A DNA stretch of 64,000 nucleotides from an uncultured Pseudomonadota bacterium (GCA_963736005.1 CAVTNB010000001.1:1408001-1472000), one strand, 5' to 3'. Positions 22,879 through 35,680 are shown, numbered from the stretch's first letter. Notes: generated by a model from the letters alone, not told the origin. A program made the numbers and translations.

Positions 22879-23638
22879 ATGAACACGTTGATCGAACAAA
22901 AATTATCCGTCTATCGTTCCCGCATACAACGAATCGAAGGCGATTCGCCCATAATGTGCGATCGATCATCGACGCGTTTGGTCGCCGTGCGCATCTGCGC
23001 TTGAAATCATCATTGTTGACGATGGGTAAGTAACGACGAGACTTGGCGTGCGGCTGCCAGCATACCGCAGCAGGCCAGAGTGGAGTCCGCGTTATCTCCG
23101 CTATGAGCGAAAACCAAGGCAAAGGGTTTGCGGTGACCTGCGGCGCTTCGTCACGCGACCGGGAGAATTCGTCGCCTTCCTTGATGCTGATCTCGACCTT
23201 CACCCAGATGGGATACTCCGGTTTCTTCGACATCTTTATTTGCACAAAAGGCCGATGCCGTGAGGTCGGCAGCAAGGTGGGCATCCAGCGTCGAGCGTCG
23301 ACTATCCGCGGTGGCGAAGAATTCTTGAGCCGAGGCTACTACGGCCTCGTCCGAGTTTCTCTTTGGACTGCCGCTTCGTTGACACGCAGGACCGGTTTGA
23401 AGCTCTTTCGAGCTCGCCTTCTTTGAGCGCGTCCTTCCCGTGCTTTCTCACCAAGCGTTTTGCCTTTGATATCGAGCTGCTCGCGGTTGCTCACCGCATG
23501 GGCTTTCGCGTTGTTGAAGGCCACCGGTGGAAGCTTCAATTTCAACGGAACATTCCGCGCCTGCGGCGATCCGACGTTTGGTTGGTGCTGGTCAACACAT
23601 TGGCTATATTCTATCGTGTCTACTTGCGGCGGCACTGA
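22879..23638 (+). CDS. GT2 glycosyltransferase, polyprenyl-phosphate sugar synthase-like, heavily frameshifted
   Basis: Fragments PAYNES, IIIVDDG, NQGKG, FVAFLDADLDLHP, DTQ, RFAFDIELL. Confidence 0.75.
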
Positions 23639-23684
23639 GCAGATCGCCGACGCAAAAAGTTTTCACAGAGGATAGAAAGGCGTA

Positions 23685-24730
23685 ATGGAGATTCCGGCAC
23701 GCGCCGACCGATAACTCGGTGCGTGTACTGCTGCCTTTGCTGCCGGGACTTGGTGGATGCACTGACGGCGGGGCCAATCCTTGATGGCGTGGCCCACGCT
23801 GTGCGGCCGCGTCGATTTCCTTTGCGATGCTCGGACCTGTCGCGCTCAAATACGCTCGCGAAACTTCCAGTTGTCGATCGGGTGACAGTCTTTGACCTGA
23901 ACGCGGGGCCCCTTAGCTGCACTTCATGGCTGCCGTGTCTTTGCCCGCAACCGTTACGACTTGGCAATATTGCCCTTCCCAGCCACTCGCTGGCAATATC
24001 ACGCGCTAACCGCCGCAGTCAGAGCGCGTCGCGTCGCCACCCACGACTACGGCGGAGCAGCGAGAGCGCTGGATATGATGCAGCGAGCCCTGCTCGTACC
24101 GCTCGAGGGGGGCGTCGCGTAGCCGAAAACGCGCGATTGGCAAAGCGCCCGTGGGATTTGCGGGAGAGCTGCCGATACGTCATCCCGCTGGATTGGCGGG
24201 GCAAGGTGCAGCGCGGGTTGCTCGGCGTCCATACGGGAACGATGCGTTTACAAGGGAAATGAAGAAAGGCGATGGCCGATTGAGCAGTTTATCAAGCTGG
24301 TCGAGAAAAGTGTGATTCAGGCCATCAGGTTCGGATTTTCATCGGTCCTTGGGATAGTGAGGATGAAGCGGCGCTTACGGGCTTGAGAAACTCCCAATCA
24401 GTTGAGGTTATTCGTGAAGATCTGCGTCTGCCGCCTATCTCTTGAGCGAATGCGAAGTCTTCGTCGGAAACGATGCCGGCATTGCCCATCTTGCAGCCGC
24501 CCTTGGCGTCAAGACGGTGACGCTCTTCGGGATGCCTAAATCCATTCGCGCACAGCCGCTGGGCAGCAGCGTCGCGGTGCGCCCGTCTATGTCCACCCTG
24601 CCACGATGAGGGCATGAAAACGTTTCCATGCGTGCTGCGCATCGGTTATCGGTGCACCCGCGAGGATCTTAGTCGTGTCAGCTTGGGATGCCGTCGAAAG
24701 AGCTTTCTTAGACGAACCTGCATTATTTAT
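23685..24730 (+). CDS. GT9 glycosyltransferase (heptosyltransferase-like), heavily frameshifted, end approximate
   Basis: LLPGLG..DAL, KRPW, FVGNDAGIAHLAAALGVKTVTLFG, C-terminal Cys cluster. Confidence 0.7.
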
Positions 24731-27700
24731 GCCGCACATGTCCGGTCCGTATCGCCTCTACGGGCGGGAGCGTGAATCGAGCCGCGCGGCTGACCAGCAC
24801 GTGTCCACCGAACAGACGCCACGATGATGAACAGTGACAGCACGATCCAAACGAGCGCACAAAGCTCGGACGTTGTCTCGGGAGCGTAGAAGAGAACCAC
24901 CTCTGCATCGCCAGCCGGCAAGTACCAGCCGTTAAACACGCCGTTGACGACGACGTGCCTCGCGCTTATCGGTAAGCTCCGAAACCGCCACGCGTCGATG
25001 AGCGCTAAGCCTGAGAGCTTTGGCATGGAGGGCAGTCCCGAAAAAAGCCGCCACCCGGGAGCATGGCTCATCGGGAATACCAGCAGCCCACCGGCGCCTC
25101 GAACTTCGCAAACATACTCGCTAGGGGAAAGCTGGGCGAAATGCAGTGTTTCGCCGGCGACCGTCTTCGGCAGAGAAGGCGGGGTAACGAATATTGAAGT
25201 CGCTTTCATCGGTAGAGTTGGCTCGACGGAAATTGTGTGATTGCCAGCTGGAAGATTCAATGATCCGGTACTGCCTGATAGGATATCGCTCATCCGTACT
25301 TGGCGTAGGCTCTTAAGTGGCATTGGGTTTCCGTCGATCACCACCATCTGAGCGTCATGCTCGACGCGCAAGGCGCCGATCGCCGGATGGATGCGCGAGC
25401 ACAAAATCAGAAAGCTCGACTTCCTCGCCTTGCTCACTTGCGGAGCCTCCTTCTTGCAGATCGATCTGAATCTGTGAAGAGGCGGTCAGCCGGTTCCCCT
25501 GTAGAAGCCGAAACGTTTGACCTCTTCCAGATCGATCAGAAAGCGACGCCAGTGACCCGTTCTGCCATTGGCGACGTGTAGCGTATTTAATTGCCAGGCG
25601 GGGGGTAGGGGCAGATCGGGATCCGTCAACTTGGGGCGGCCCGCCGCCACAACAGTGATCGATGAAGCTGGACGATCGAGTGACGTGAACGTGAGGTTCA
25701 TACCTAAACTCGAACCTTCAGGGACGACCATCCAAAAAATGGCTTGCTTTGCACTACCATCGTCGATTGTCGGGATGCCGAATGAGTATTCTTCGTCTCG
25801 TGCTTGGTTTTGTTTGGGAACACGAAGAAAGAATCGTTTGCGCTCCACGATCGGATGGACTGGGAGCGATTTTGCGATGACCTTGATATTGGCGGTGCGG
25901 AGGTCAACGTAATGAAGCACAGCGTTCCACTTGAACTGCCGCTGACATCCATCCGCGCATCAATGAGCCGCGCAGTATGGATCGATCGGACAACATATGT
26001 CCAGCAAGAACCAGCCGCGTCGCTACCAGATCGTATTCGCTCGCCTCTGGCCGCAGGCCACCGTGGTCTGAGATCGATCGGTAGTATTGTTCCCGCGCCG
26101 CATCATCCCATGCGTCATCGAGCGCCAATTGCACGCCTTTGAAGATGTCCGCTGAATCCACCGTCGCAGACGACGGGATGGAGTGAACGAAATTAACACG
26201 TTGGCCGTCGCTTCTTCGCCGCAGCTCCAAGAAGAGCGCCATACGTATAGTTTGTAAAGGCGGTTCGGTACCGTATCGTAATCTCGGCCGCCACGTTAAC
26301 GGTATCTCGGTTGGTCTAAAGAGGACAAATGCACCTCCCGCTGTAATCGAGCGCGCGGCAACATCCTTTGCAGCAGACGTTCAATCCGTCATTGGACGCC
26401 TGCACGCGGGCATGCAACCGGTTTGCGGATGCTCGGCCGGTGCGCCGCTCCGCTTTGCCATACAATGACCGATCTGCGAATAGGAATGAATAGTTCGAGT
26501 CGCCGATTTGTCCCAGGTTAGTGGCTTCGGCACGTAGATGCAGAACGTCAACCCGGGCTCGAGATGTGCGCCCCACAGTGTGAACGGGCAGTATGTGCGT
26601 TGGCAACCGACCATTTCAATCGTTGAGCTTTCACCGGCTTGCCCAATCGTCGCCACAACGGTACGAATCATGGGATTTGCCGCCTTCATGGTTAGCTCAA
26701 TATTCGCATGAAGGGGCGATCCGCTCCAATTGATCGAGTTCGATGTCTGCGAGTTGGCCGGTCACGCCGAGCCACTCGGAATTTTGCGGCACATCATCAT
26801 ACGGGGCAGAGATCGTTCGAGGATCAGCAATTTCCACCGCGACCGGTGGCGTTGGAAGAAACAGATAGCCGGCACCGTCGTCGGCCTTAGCTCGCTGACG
26901 TAAACCATTCGTGATAGCTCGAGAGCTGATGGAAGGCTCTTTGTTCTCCACCAACCCAGGCCGCGACGCGCGCTGGAACCGGTCGTCGAGAATAATGAGG
27001 CTGACGCCGTCGGTAATCGTCGTCGGATCCGAAGCGAGCATCCAACCGCGAGCGCCTCCCGTGGGAGGATCATTCGCTGATAAGCGCAGCGGGTTGACGG
27101 GCCAGGCAAGTTGCCAGCCAGCGCGACGAGGTTTTCAGGGGATCCGATCGCGGTGATTGGTTCAGGAGCGAAGATGCGCGTCGCGCTGCCGGCGGATTCG
27201 AAGACAAAATGACATAGCCGCCAAACTTCGCGACTTCCCGGAGCCACGGACGCCCGCGAAAGAACTCGATGCTACTCCGCATATTGAGTGTCGAATGCGA
27301 AGGGACGGTACAATTCGCCGTTGTGGTCGTCGACGACGATGAGGTAGCGGACTGCCGCTTCCGCAAGAATTGCCGGAAGAATTGGCGACTCATAGCGGTG
27401 AAGCAACGCCAGCCAGGTAGGGAAAAGATCCGAGATGCCCCCGTCTTGCGGCGCGCTCTCGACGAGATAATCCGCAGGCACGATCAGGTGCGCGTTCGTG
27501 GCAACCAATTCCGGACGCAATGTCGGGAAGACCAGGGTCCGAAAGAATCCAGGTTGCTTTGTCGAGGAAGCGCTGCACATGCTACATCTGCCTGTGACAG
27601 GTGGATTGAAGAGAAATTTGAAAAGCGCATGCGGATTATATGCATCTCGCATGAGGATGCCCGTAACCGATGATGCAAAGGCCCGAGAGCGTAGGCGCAG

Positions 27701-28903
27701 CTACGCCTATTCGCTTTCCAAAGAGAAGTCGGGTCGCCGCAGCTACACGCTCAAACCCCAAAGCCAGCAGGAATGCGTATCCGAACGCGATGATCGACAT
27801 GAACTTTGAGATGTCACGAAAGAGCTTCATCCCGGGCAGATGCAAGAAGACGATTCATTGAACGAGCCAAAAGGCGAGTCGCGGCCCCGACGCGATGACA
27901 ATTCCAATCATCGCCGCAACCGCTAGCGGGATGGCCCAACCTTTACGACAACTCGAAAGAAGCGCGGCCCCGACGAGGATTGGCAACACCCAAAATGCGC
28001 GTTCAACCGGCGAGACCCGAAGGGATCTGTTCCTGCATGTGGTGATAAAAAGGATAAAAGAGCGACAGCGCATGTGAGATCGACTCGTAGGATGAGTCGG
28101 AAATGTAGTAGGCAAGCGTGTCGTAGCCGGCTGGAAGATGCGCCGGCGCAATCACCTGAGGCAATAGCCAGTAAGAGTTGAATCCAAAAAGCGAAACGCC
28201 CGTCCAGGCAAGTGTCCGGGGTAACGCCCCTAGTGATGCCCCGCGATGAGCCAACACCTCACGACCAACATAGAACGCGAACCAGATTCCGCACGGCACG
28301 AGTGTCACATACGCGTAGCGCAGATCGTACATGATCTGTAGGGTCAAAAGCGCGCCGAAGAACACGGCATCGAGCGCGAGTCGTCGTCGAAGCAGAGTTG
28401 TCCAGGCCAGCATGGCGAGGGGCATGAGAGCATATGCAACCGACCAGCCGATGTGCCCCCGCTGGACAAGACCAATTGTCCACGTATTGATAACATAAAC
28501 CGCCGACGCGATGCTTGCGGCCCAAGGCGATCTTGTTAAGTGGTACGCGAATGCGTACGGAGCGGCGACAGCACAAACGAAGAACGGCCAATACCACACC
28601 AAACGCTCGATGGTCGCAAAGGTGAGGCCCAATTTTGTCAGCGCCCGATCCAGCTCCGCAATGGGTAGGCGGGCAAAACGTTGCCGACGATAGGCCGAAG
28701 GCAAAACTTCCTTCCCACGCGTTACGCCAGGGGAGGTATGACGCGAGTACGTCGGGTGAGAATCGAAACCCATCGTCGCCGATCAAAAGCCCTGATCCGA
28801 ACCACGCGTGAAAGACGCTCGCGGCGAGGATGACGGGCAGCAGTACTGGCCAATGGCGGCGCAGCGTAAAAAGTACGCCGGGCCAAGAGCCCGAAACTTT
28901 CAC
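24727..28903 (-). CDS. Very large polytopic GT-C-like membrane protein 3 (~1400 aa), many frameshifts
   Basis: ASAVYVINTW...QRGH, NSYWLLP, FRDISKF, RTLVFP, AVRYLIV; C-terminal PMSHAPGW..HVVVNGVFNGW..FYAPE plus TM; GTGA coupling to upstream GT2. Confidence 0.6.
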
Positions 28904-29735
28904 AGTCGCGATGTTGCACTCCATCTCGCGCAGACAAAGGAAATCAAAAGACCGACACCACCACAGCCGTGTTTGACAGTTTGCATGAGGGCAAAGCCGG
29001 CGGCTAGTATGGGGTGTCGTACGAACAGACGCAAGGTCGCGGTAGGTCGGACAAAGCGGATTCAGTTGCGCAATCGCTTTTGATCCGCTCTTTCGAAGAG
29101 ATCGTCCAAACGTGCGTCCGTAAAAATACGACTTGCGTGCGATCTCGCCAAGCGTTTTAGGCTCGCCCAGGTGCGTCTCGTCCGCCGCGATCCAAACAAT
29201 CTTATACCCGGCTGCCTCAAGCCGGTTGTTCGCATCGTAGTCCTCACCGGCGACAAGCGCTTCGTCGAATCCACCGATCGCCTCAAATGCCTCGCGGCGA
29301 AAAAACCGAGCGCCGGCAACGAGAGGTTCTCCTTGGTACATGCGGCGCTCAAAGTTGCGCACGGACGACCAAAAGCTCACGTTTGGATCAGAGCGGTTCG
29401 GCACGCATACCGCATCTGCGCCATGTTCGCAGGCTGCCTTCGCTTGTGCAACAACGCGTTCGTCGAGCACGAAGTCTGCGTCAACGCGGTAGAGAAACGC
29501 GCCGCTTGCTGCGCGAGAGCCAGCATTACATTGCGCGCTCCGCTCTGGACCAGCCTGGATCGTGACGTCCGCTATACCCTGGGCTAGTTCCCGCGTACCG
29601 TCGTCCGAGTAGTTATCCACAATGACGATTTCAATAGGTCGATATGATTGCGCGCGAAGGCTCGCAACGCGCATTGACGAAATGTGCGCTGTTCTTCGTC
29701 GGAATGATGATACTGACGAGTTGGCTGTCTCGCAT
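28900..29735 (-). CDS. GT2 glycosyltransferase, frameshifted
   Basis: VSIIIPTKNS, EIVIVDNYSDDGT, GPERSAQ.NAG, VDADF, GGFDEAL..GEDYD. Confidence 0.85.
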
Positions 29736-29996
29736 GCAACATCGCCATTCTAGCGAGCTTTTGCAGCCCTCCTCTTTTGCGTCGCGGCGGCAGGGCCGCG
29801 TTCCCGAATCCAAGGAATGTGATGACAACCTTGCTGAGGCCGGCGCTATTTCTTACTCGCGATTCTTCGGTCGCTTCGCATGGGATTATCGCGCCTATAC
29901 GTCATTGCGGCTTCGTGGAACATCGGCGCGCGCGATTACACAAGCGTTGTCTGAATCTCAACCGCGGATGGTCGCGGACTGGGCCCACCTTGCGCG

Positions 29997-30671
29997 CTAG
30001 AGGTGTGACCCAGCCGCGATGCGGGGCAGCCCGTAGGCAAGGGCTGCCTCAACCGGGCCAAAAAACCACTCGACCGCCGCAGGCCATGGCAAGCCCAACC
30101 ACGTCCCGTGGATCTTAATCGTGGCGAAACCGTTGTTCCGCAAAGCGAGTTTGAGCAACCTGGTGGTGAAATCGCGTACGTGCGGCGAGCGGTAGCGCGC
30201 GCTCGCGTACGGCGGCAGGTTGAGCATACTCGTCGTCGACCAGGAGGCGACGGAGTTAACATTCGGCATGGTCAAAGAAGGTACCGTCAGCGTGCAAAAC
30301 GCGGTACACTCGCAGAGGAAGAAATCCGTGCGAACGGTGTGCTCGAGCGTTTCGCCCGCAAACACCACATCGAAGCTGGCGTCGTTGAACGGGAGACCAT
30401 CCGCGATGTCAGCGCAGCGCGCATCAATGCCTTTGATGCGTGCTTCGCGTACTGCTTGCGGCGAAATATCGATGCCGTGGAGCTCGAACGGCCGGAACAT
30501 TTCCGTGAGCGATTCGTCGGAACATCCGATGTCCAGTAGCTTGCCGGTTGGTATGCTCGCAAGCAGCTTCACCGCAATTTGCGTTCGACGCCGATTGGCG
30601 CGATGCACGAGCGAATCGCTGTGGTGCTCGTCGTAGAATCGCTGTTGCAAGGCCGACGGGTTGCCTTCCAT
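29997..30671 (-). CDS. Class I SAM-dependent methyltransferase, frameshifted
   Basis: LLDIGC, LPFNDASFDVVFAGETLEH, PHVRDFT. Confidence 0.8.
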   Translation of the reverse strand: MEGNPSALQQRFYDEHHSDSLVHRANRRRTQIAVKLLASIPTGKLLDIGCSDESLTEMFRPFELHGIDISPQAVREARIKGIDARCADIADGLPFNDASFDVVFAGETLEHTVRTDFFLCECTAFCTLTVPSLTMPNVNSVASWSTTSMLNLPPYASARYRSPHVRDFTTRLLKLALRNNGFATIKIHGTWLGLPWPAAVEWFFGPVEAALAYGLPRIAAGSHL

Positions 30672-30797
30672 GCGCACTCTGAGTGCGGCAAAAGATTGCA
30701 AACCCTGCTATCAAGTGTGAGAGCGGTGAGGCAAAGAACGTTGGCGAAAAATGGGAGGAGCGACAATTCACGGGAGGGGGTTTTGACTCTCTTGCCA

Positions 30798-31525
30798 ATG
30801 GCCGCAACTGTGCGAAGCATCGTTCGTTCATTGGTCAGAAAATCTATCTCGCGTCCGATCGCGCCAATATCGACAACATCAAACATTTGGGCAAGCGGTT
30901 TGGCACTCCGAAGCGCGTACTCGACCTTGGTTGCGCCGATGGCAAGATCACGTTGGAGATTTGTCGCGCCATTGGAGCCCAGGACATTGTCGGGGTCGAA
31001 CGACATGAAGCAAGCCGTCTTGCCGCGTGCGATCGAGGCGTGCATGCCGTTGCCGCCGATCTCGACCGCAGCCTTCCGTTCGATGATAATTCGTTCGATC
31101 TCGTCCTGTCGAATCAGGTCATCGAGCATCTTTCAGAGACTGACAGGTTCGTCGAGGAGATCTATCGCGTGCTTGTACCAGGCGGTGTCGCCATTGTGTG
31201 GACCGAGAACATGGCGTCTTGGCATAATGTTGTCGCCCTGATTTTGGGCTTTGCTCCATTTTCGGCCGTTAACTACTCGACCCGTATCTATCCTTTGGGA
31301 AATCCACTCTCAATTCATCAGGGTGAAACGCTTGAGCTCCATGATGGCATGGTGCATCGGCGCATTTTCGCCACCACATCCATACGAGCATTGTTTGCCG
31401 GACATGGCTTCGACGTCCTCGGCCTGCTCGGGGCAGGCTACCATCCGCTACCACCCGCTCTCGGTCGCTTCGACGTGCGCCACGCGCACTTCATCACGAT
31501 CGCCGCAAGTAAGCCGCCCGCATGA
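30798..31525 (+). CDS. Class I SAM-dependent methyltransferase (start approximate)
   Basis: VLDLGCADG, LPFDDNSFDLVLSNQVIEHL, RVLVPGG. Confidence 0.87.
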
Positions 31526-31547
31526 CAAGTTGGAAGGCATAAAATGG

Positions 31548-31580
31548 AAGCGGGGGGCCGTTTCGGGCTCCCCCGCTTTT
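31548..31580. terminator. Intrinsic terminator between convergent genes
   Basis: AAGCGGGGG...CCCCCGCTT stem followed by TTTT. Confidence 0.65.
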
Positions 31581-31598
31581 GTGCGCGATGATTGAGAA

Positions 31599-33197
31599 CT
31601 AGATGCGGGGCGAAGCGACTGCCTTGCGCTGTATCTGCTGACTGTGTATCTTGCCGTCCGCACCAAAGTGCGGTTCGTACATGTTTGTTTTGACGATCGT
31701 GTGGAGGTGGCCTCGCATGGCGAGGAGCTTCTGCGCTCTGTTGACCATGGGAGCCCGGTTCATTGCCATTGCTCGTGTTATTGCAGTGCGCGCTGGAAGG
31801 TTCACTGGTACCCTCGGAAGCCAGGACGCAGTTGTAGCGCGGCTCACAACGACCATCTTTGCCCTGCTTGACCGAGCGCTGGCGCGTAGATGTGGTAATC
31901 AAATGCTAACGAGTTGTGCCCGCCCTGCACTTCGCGCACGACGAAGCCATTCGGTCCCTTGCTTGCAACAAAGAGTCCCCGCGTGTCACCATCGGGAGTG
32001 AGCATAACGTGGTAGGGTGTGCGCGGGTCAATGGTCTGTGCAAAGGCCGAATCGAGGGGCACTGTCGCTGCGCCATTGACCAGTTGGGCTGACCCTGTAT
32101 CTTCAACCGTTGGTGATGTGGATTTCGATCCGTAGGCCGCCGCAACGAATCCACCTCGAGTAGCAATGAACGTGTTGTAAGTTCCGTGGATGAAGAGATT
32201 CCCGGCACCATCAACGTAGAACAGATCGTTTCCGTTCTGGTCGGTCGCCACAATCGGAAAACCGCCCGACGCCGGCGCCCGGCCAATGACGCCGATGTAA
32301 CTTCCGGTGACGTCCGCACCATTGCCACTGCTATTTGTGCCAACTATTGCGACACCACCGGCTGAGGCTGCGTAGACTCCGAATCCGGTGGTTGACTCGC
32401 CGGCAACGCCATCGCTGTCGAGGAAGAGCCTTCAACGCCAACGGAGCTCGTCGACTCGCCTCTGACGCCAACCTGACCTCCGCTGTTTGAGATGCCCAAA
32501 ACACCAAATTGACCGTCGGTATCACCCTGGCCAAAGATTCCTGCCGTGGAATTCCCGCCGGCGTAGCCCACAACGCCATAAAGGCCAGACGTAGTTACGC
32601 CTTCGACGCCGTTGTTGAACGAGCTTGACGAAACGGTGTCGAATCCCTCGATCGCCGCACCGCCGCTGTCAATGTTGTTGAGGAGCGAGGTCACGCCGTT
32701 GCCTTCAGGCGCGTCGGAAAGACGCACATCATAATTTCCAACTCCGTCCAAAGAACGCAGCGATAAGAAAACTCGCCGATAGACTTTGCGCCAAGACGCC
32801 TTCCCCGTTTTGGGAAAAACCTTCCAAACCAACGCTTGGTGCGCCGGTCGTGGCGTTAGCGTTACCAATCAGCGCCGTCGAGCCGGGTCCATCCACTGAG
32901 CCATTGACGCCCACCGTTGCGTGCGTCGTGCTTGTGCCGAAGCCATTCAGGGCTATTGAGCCAGCTGCAGCTCCAGTGTTCGTTACACCCTCAACACCGA
33001 TCCCACTCCCGTCTTGAACGCCCTCGATGATCGGACCGGAAGTTGTTGACTCGTAGTTAATCGTTCCCAAAAGTGTCGCGATGAAAATGCGTCGCTGCGG
33101 CCGTCAATGACGCGCTCGCAGCCAGAATCGTCAGCGTTGCAACGATTCCCGCCGTAAAAGGTCGGGTCTCGGCGAAACGCCGGATGCTAAATTTCAT
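31599..33197 (-). CDS. Secreted Gly-rich repeat protein (beta-helix/tail-fibre-like), frameshifted
   Basis: RBS AGGAG, signal-like N-terminus, many GV.G.S/T repeats, C-terminal EDTGSAQLVNG..LD..FA.TID..YHVMLTP domain. Confidence 0.65.
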
Positions 33198-33257
33198 AAA
33201 CACTGCTCCTTTCGAAAGCAGGCGCAGCCCGCAGCCACATGAGACAGCGCGCTTTCG

Positions 33258-33271
33258 CGAACGTACGTTCG
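33258..33271. promoter_or_regulatory. Candidate LexA box of Gram-positive type (CGAAC-GTAC-GTTCG)
   Basis: Core of the perfect 16-bp palindrome 33257-33272; matches CGAACRNRYGTTCG; about 60 bp upstream of the ATG at 33197. Confidence 0.45.
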
Positions 33272-33361
33272 CTAGGGCAGATATCCCTCTTATCGTCCCT
33301 CAGGCAAACTGAAGTGTGAGCGGTCGCGCTCTATTGCTTCCAAGAGTGTCACTAAGCGGCA

Positions 33362-34352
33362 TTAGACAATATCAACCGGCATGTCGCGCTTCAGACATGC
33401 AAAGTCAATGCCAAGTGCGCAGCTTGTGTTGCGCAACCGTGGATCAAAGCACGCCGGGCAAGGTGATGGCCGAAAGCGCACAGCCCACGTACCAAACGGT
33501 CCGCCCTCGACGGGCGTAGGACCGTGCAGCGCCAGAACCGGCGTTCCAACTGCGCCAGCCAAGTGACCAATCCCCGAGTCGTTTGTTACCGCGGCCGTGA
33601 CACGCGACAAAAACCGAGCTACCTCCGGCCAATGACCCTCAAACAAATTTGACCCTTCGACTTGCACCACCAATTTGCACGTCGATTCGCGTCGTCGGGA
33701 CCAGCGATGAAGTGGACGGCGTATCCTCGTGCGATCATGCGGGAGGCGAGTTGCGAGAAACGCTCTTTGGCCAGCGCTTGGCTTCAAGACCATGATGAGT
33801 GACAGTGCCGATGTGAAATGCGAGCAGACCTGGTTCTCGCGCGCGCTGTCTCCAACTAGGCGGCACGAGGTACTCCGGAGACGGCCCGGACTTGACGCCA
33901 ATTGCCCGTAAAAGATCGAGATTGCGCAGCACGTTATCAGTCTCGCCCGATACAGGCACGAGCACCGTGTTCAGCCCTAACAGATTGGTGAACGTTGGTC
34001 GCCAGTAGGCATGCGCCACGCGCACGCGTGCGCCGAAAACCCAACTCAGCATTTGGTACTCGGGGCGGCTCGCGGGATAGGCGAGAAACGATGCGTCATA
34101 CCGCCGCTTCCGCGCGTGTTGCACAATGGATGCTAGGAATGGACCGAGGCCACCCTGCCAGTACGGCAAATAAATCACGCGGTCGACAACGTCAGTCAAG
34201 CCTTCAAAGAGCTCGCGTGGTCCCGGCCGAAGGACGGCCACGTCGACAGCGGCCCCCGCATCCTTTAACGCGGCAATCAGTGGCGTCGCTTCGAGCGCAT
34301 CACCCAAACCTTGTGGGGCAATGACAAGACACCGGCCCAAGCCGGCGATCAT
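33362..34352 (-). CDS. GT9 glycosyltransferase (frameshift near 33750)
   Basis: QGLGDAL..TPLI, AKRWP, VTNDSGIGHLAGAVGTPVLALHGPT, CPAC...C...C. Confidence 0.82.
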
Positions 34353-35680
34353 GCGTTGAGAATCGAGCTCGCCGGTGATGTTCCCACGGGAAGCGCGCTC
34401 GCGACGAACACTGACTGGCGGCCGTCTGCGTGCGTGAGCAACGACCACGTCCCGTCACGCTGGAGAACGAAGTGTGCGTGATATGCTGCGATCGCGTTAA
34501 ACAATGCCCGCTCGAGCATCGTCGCATCGAGAGGAGCCGCATTGAGCCGGATTGCCCGCCCGTACACGGGCGAAGCACCGCGCATTCCAGGCGCAATGAC
34601 AACCTTCGGCTTCATGGAAAAGAGAGGGGTCCAATAGTAGCGCTTTCGGCACACTTCTACGACACAGTCAAACCTGTCGCGGTAGTCTCGCAAATACGTC
34701 GACGCGAGCGAACGAGTGCGGCGCTCGTAGCGCAGAGTGCTCTGCTCAGCAAACGACTCCGCCAGCGCGGGCGGAAGCGAATAACTCCACACCGCGGACC
34801 ATTCAGATTGTGCGAGTTCGGAGACAGCGGACTGTACGCTTCGCTCTAGCGGTGAGGCCTGTGCGCTGAGCGGATGCGCATCCGAGACAACCAACACCCG
34901 CAACGCCCGTCTGCAGCGAATAATTTCCAGCTGTCCTAGCCGGTCGAGCCAAGGCACGAGGACGCGAAGCGGCGAGTATTTTAAACGGAGCCTTAACATC
35001 GCGGTGAGCATGCGAGGCACGGCAATCCAAACATTCACCTTCGAACCGCTGCAGTCGCGCCAAACGATCGGAGCCTCAACAATAGTCCGCCCGTGGCGCA
35101 TGAGCTGGAACAACAGGTCAACATCAAACGCAAACCCTGCGGTTTCCAGATCATCGAGAATGCCTTCGAGCGCGGCTCTGCGTACGAATTTGCGCCACAC
35201 TGCGTGTCGGTAAAATGCAATCCGAACAGCAGGCGTACGAGCAAGTTGAACCCGCGTCCCATGAATCTGCGCCAGCGGCTTTGCGCGACCTGCACTACGG
35301 CGCCTGATCCCCAGCGCGTTGCGACGACGCAGTCGGCATTCCCCATCGATTGGTAGAGCCGTTTCACTTCAGCACCTGGAGTTGCACCGTCCGCGTCGAC
35401 GAACGCGACCACATCGCCGCGCGCTATTTGAAAACCGAGGCGAACGGCGCCACCTTTGCCGATCCGCGCGCCCACATCGAGCACTTGCATCAGCAGATCG
35501 GAGCGTGCGATCTCAGTGGCGATAGCGACCGTTGCATCGCTGCACGAGTTGGCCACGACAATAATCTCGGCACCCGACAGTTGCTCTCGCAGGTCTGCCA
35601 GGGTGCGCGCAAGACGCTCTTCCTCATTGTGTGCAGGAACACAACGGTAAGGTGGGGAGCGGACACGAGACCTCCGTCAC
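34349..35680 (-). CDS. GT2 dolichyl-phosphate glycosyltransferase-like protein with C-terminal extension, frameshifted
   Basis: PAHNEEE, GKGGAVRLG, AFVDADGAT, DTQCGA, GFAFDVDLL. Confidence 0.8.

Noticed and set aside
28259..29674. 471-aa GT2-membrane protein fusion in the ORF track
   Set aside because: Artefact of frameshifts joining the GT2 (ends about 28900) to the next gene (GTG at 28903)
31599..33197. Prophage remnant
   Set aside because: A single fibre-like gene with a signal peptide; no integrase, capsid, terminase or att repeats
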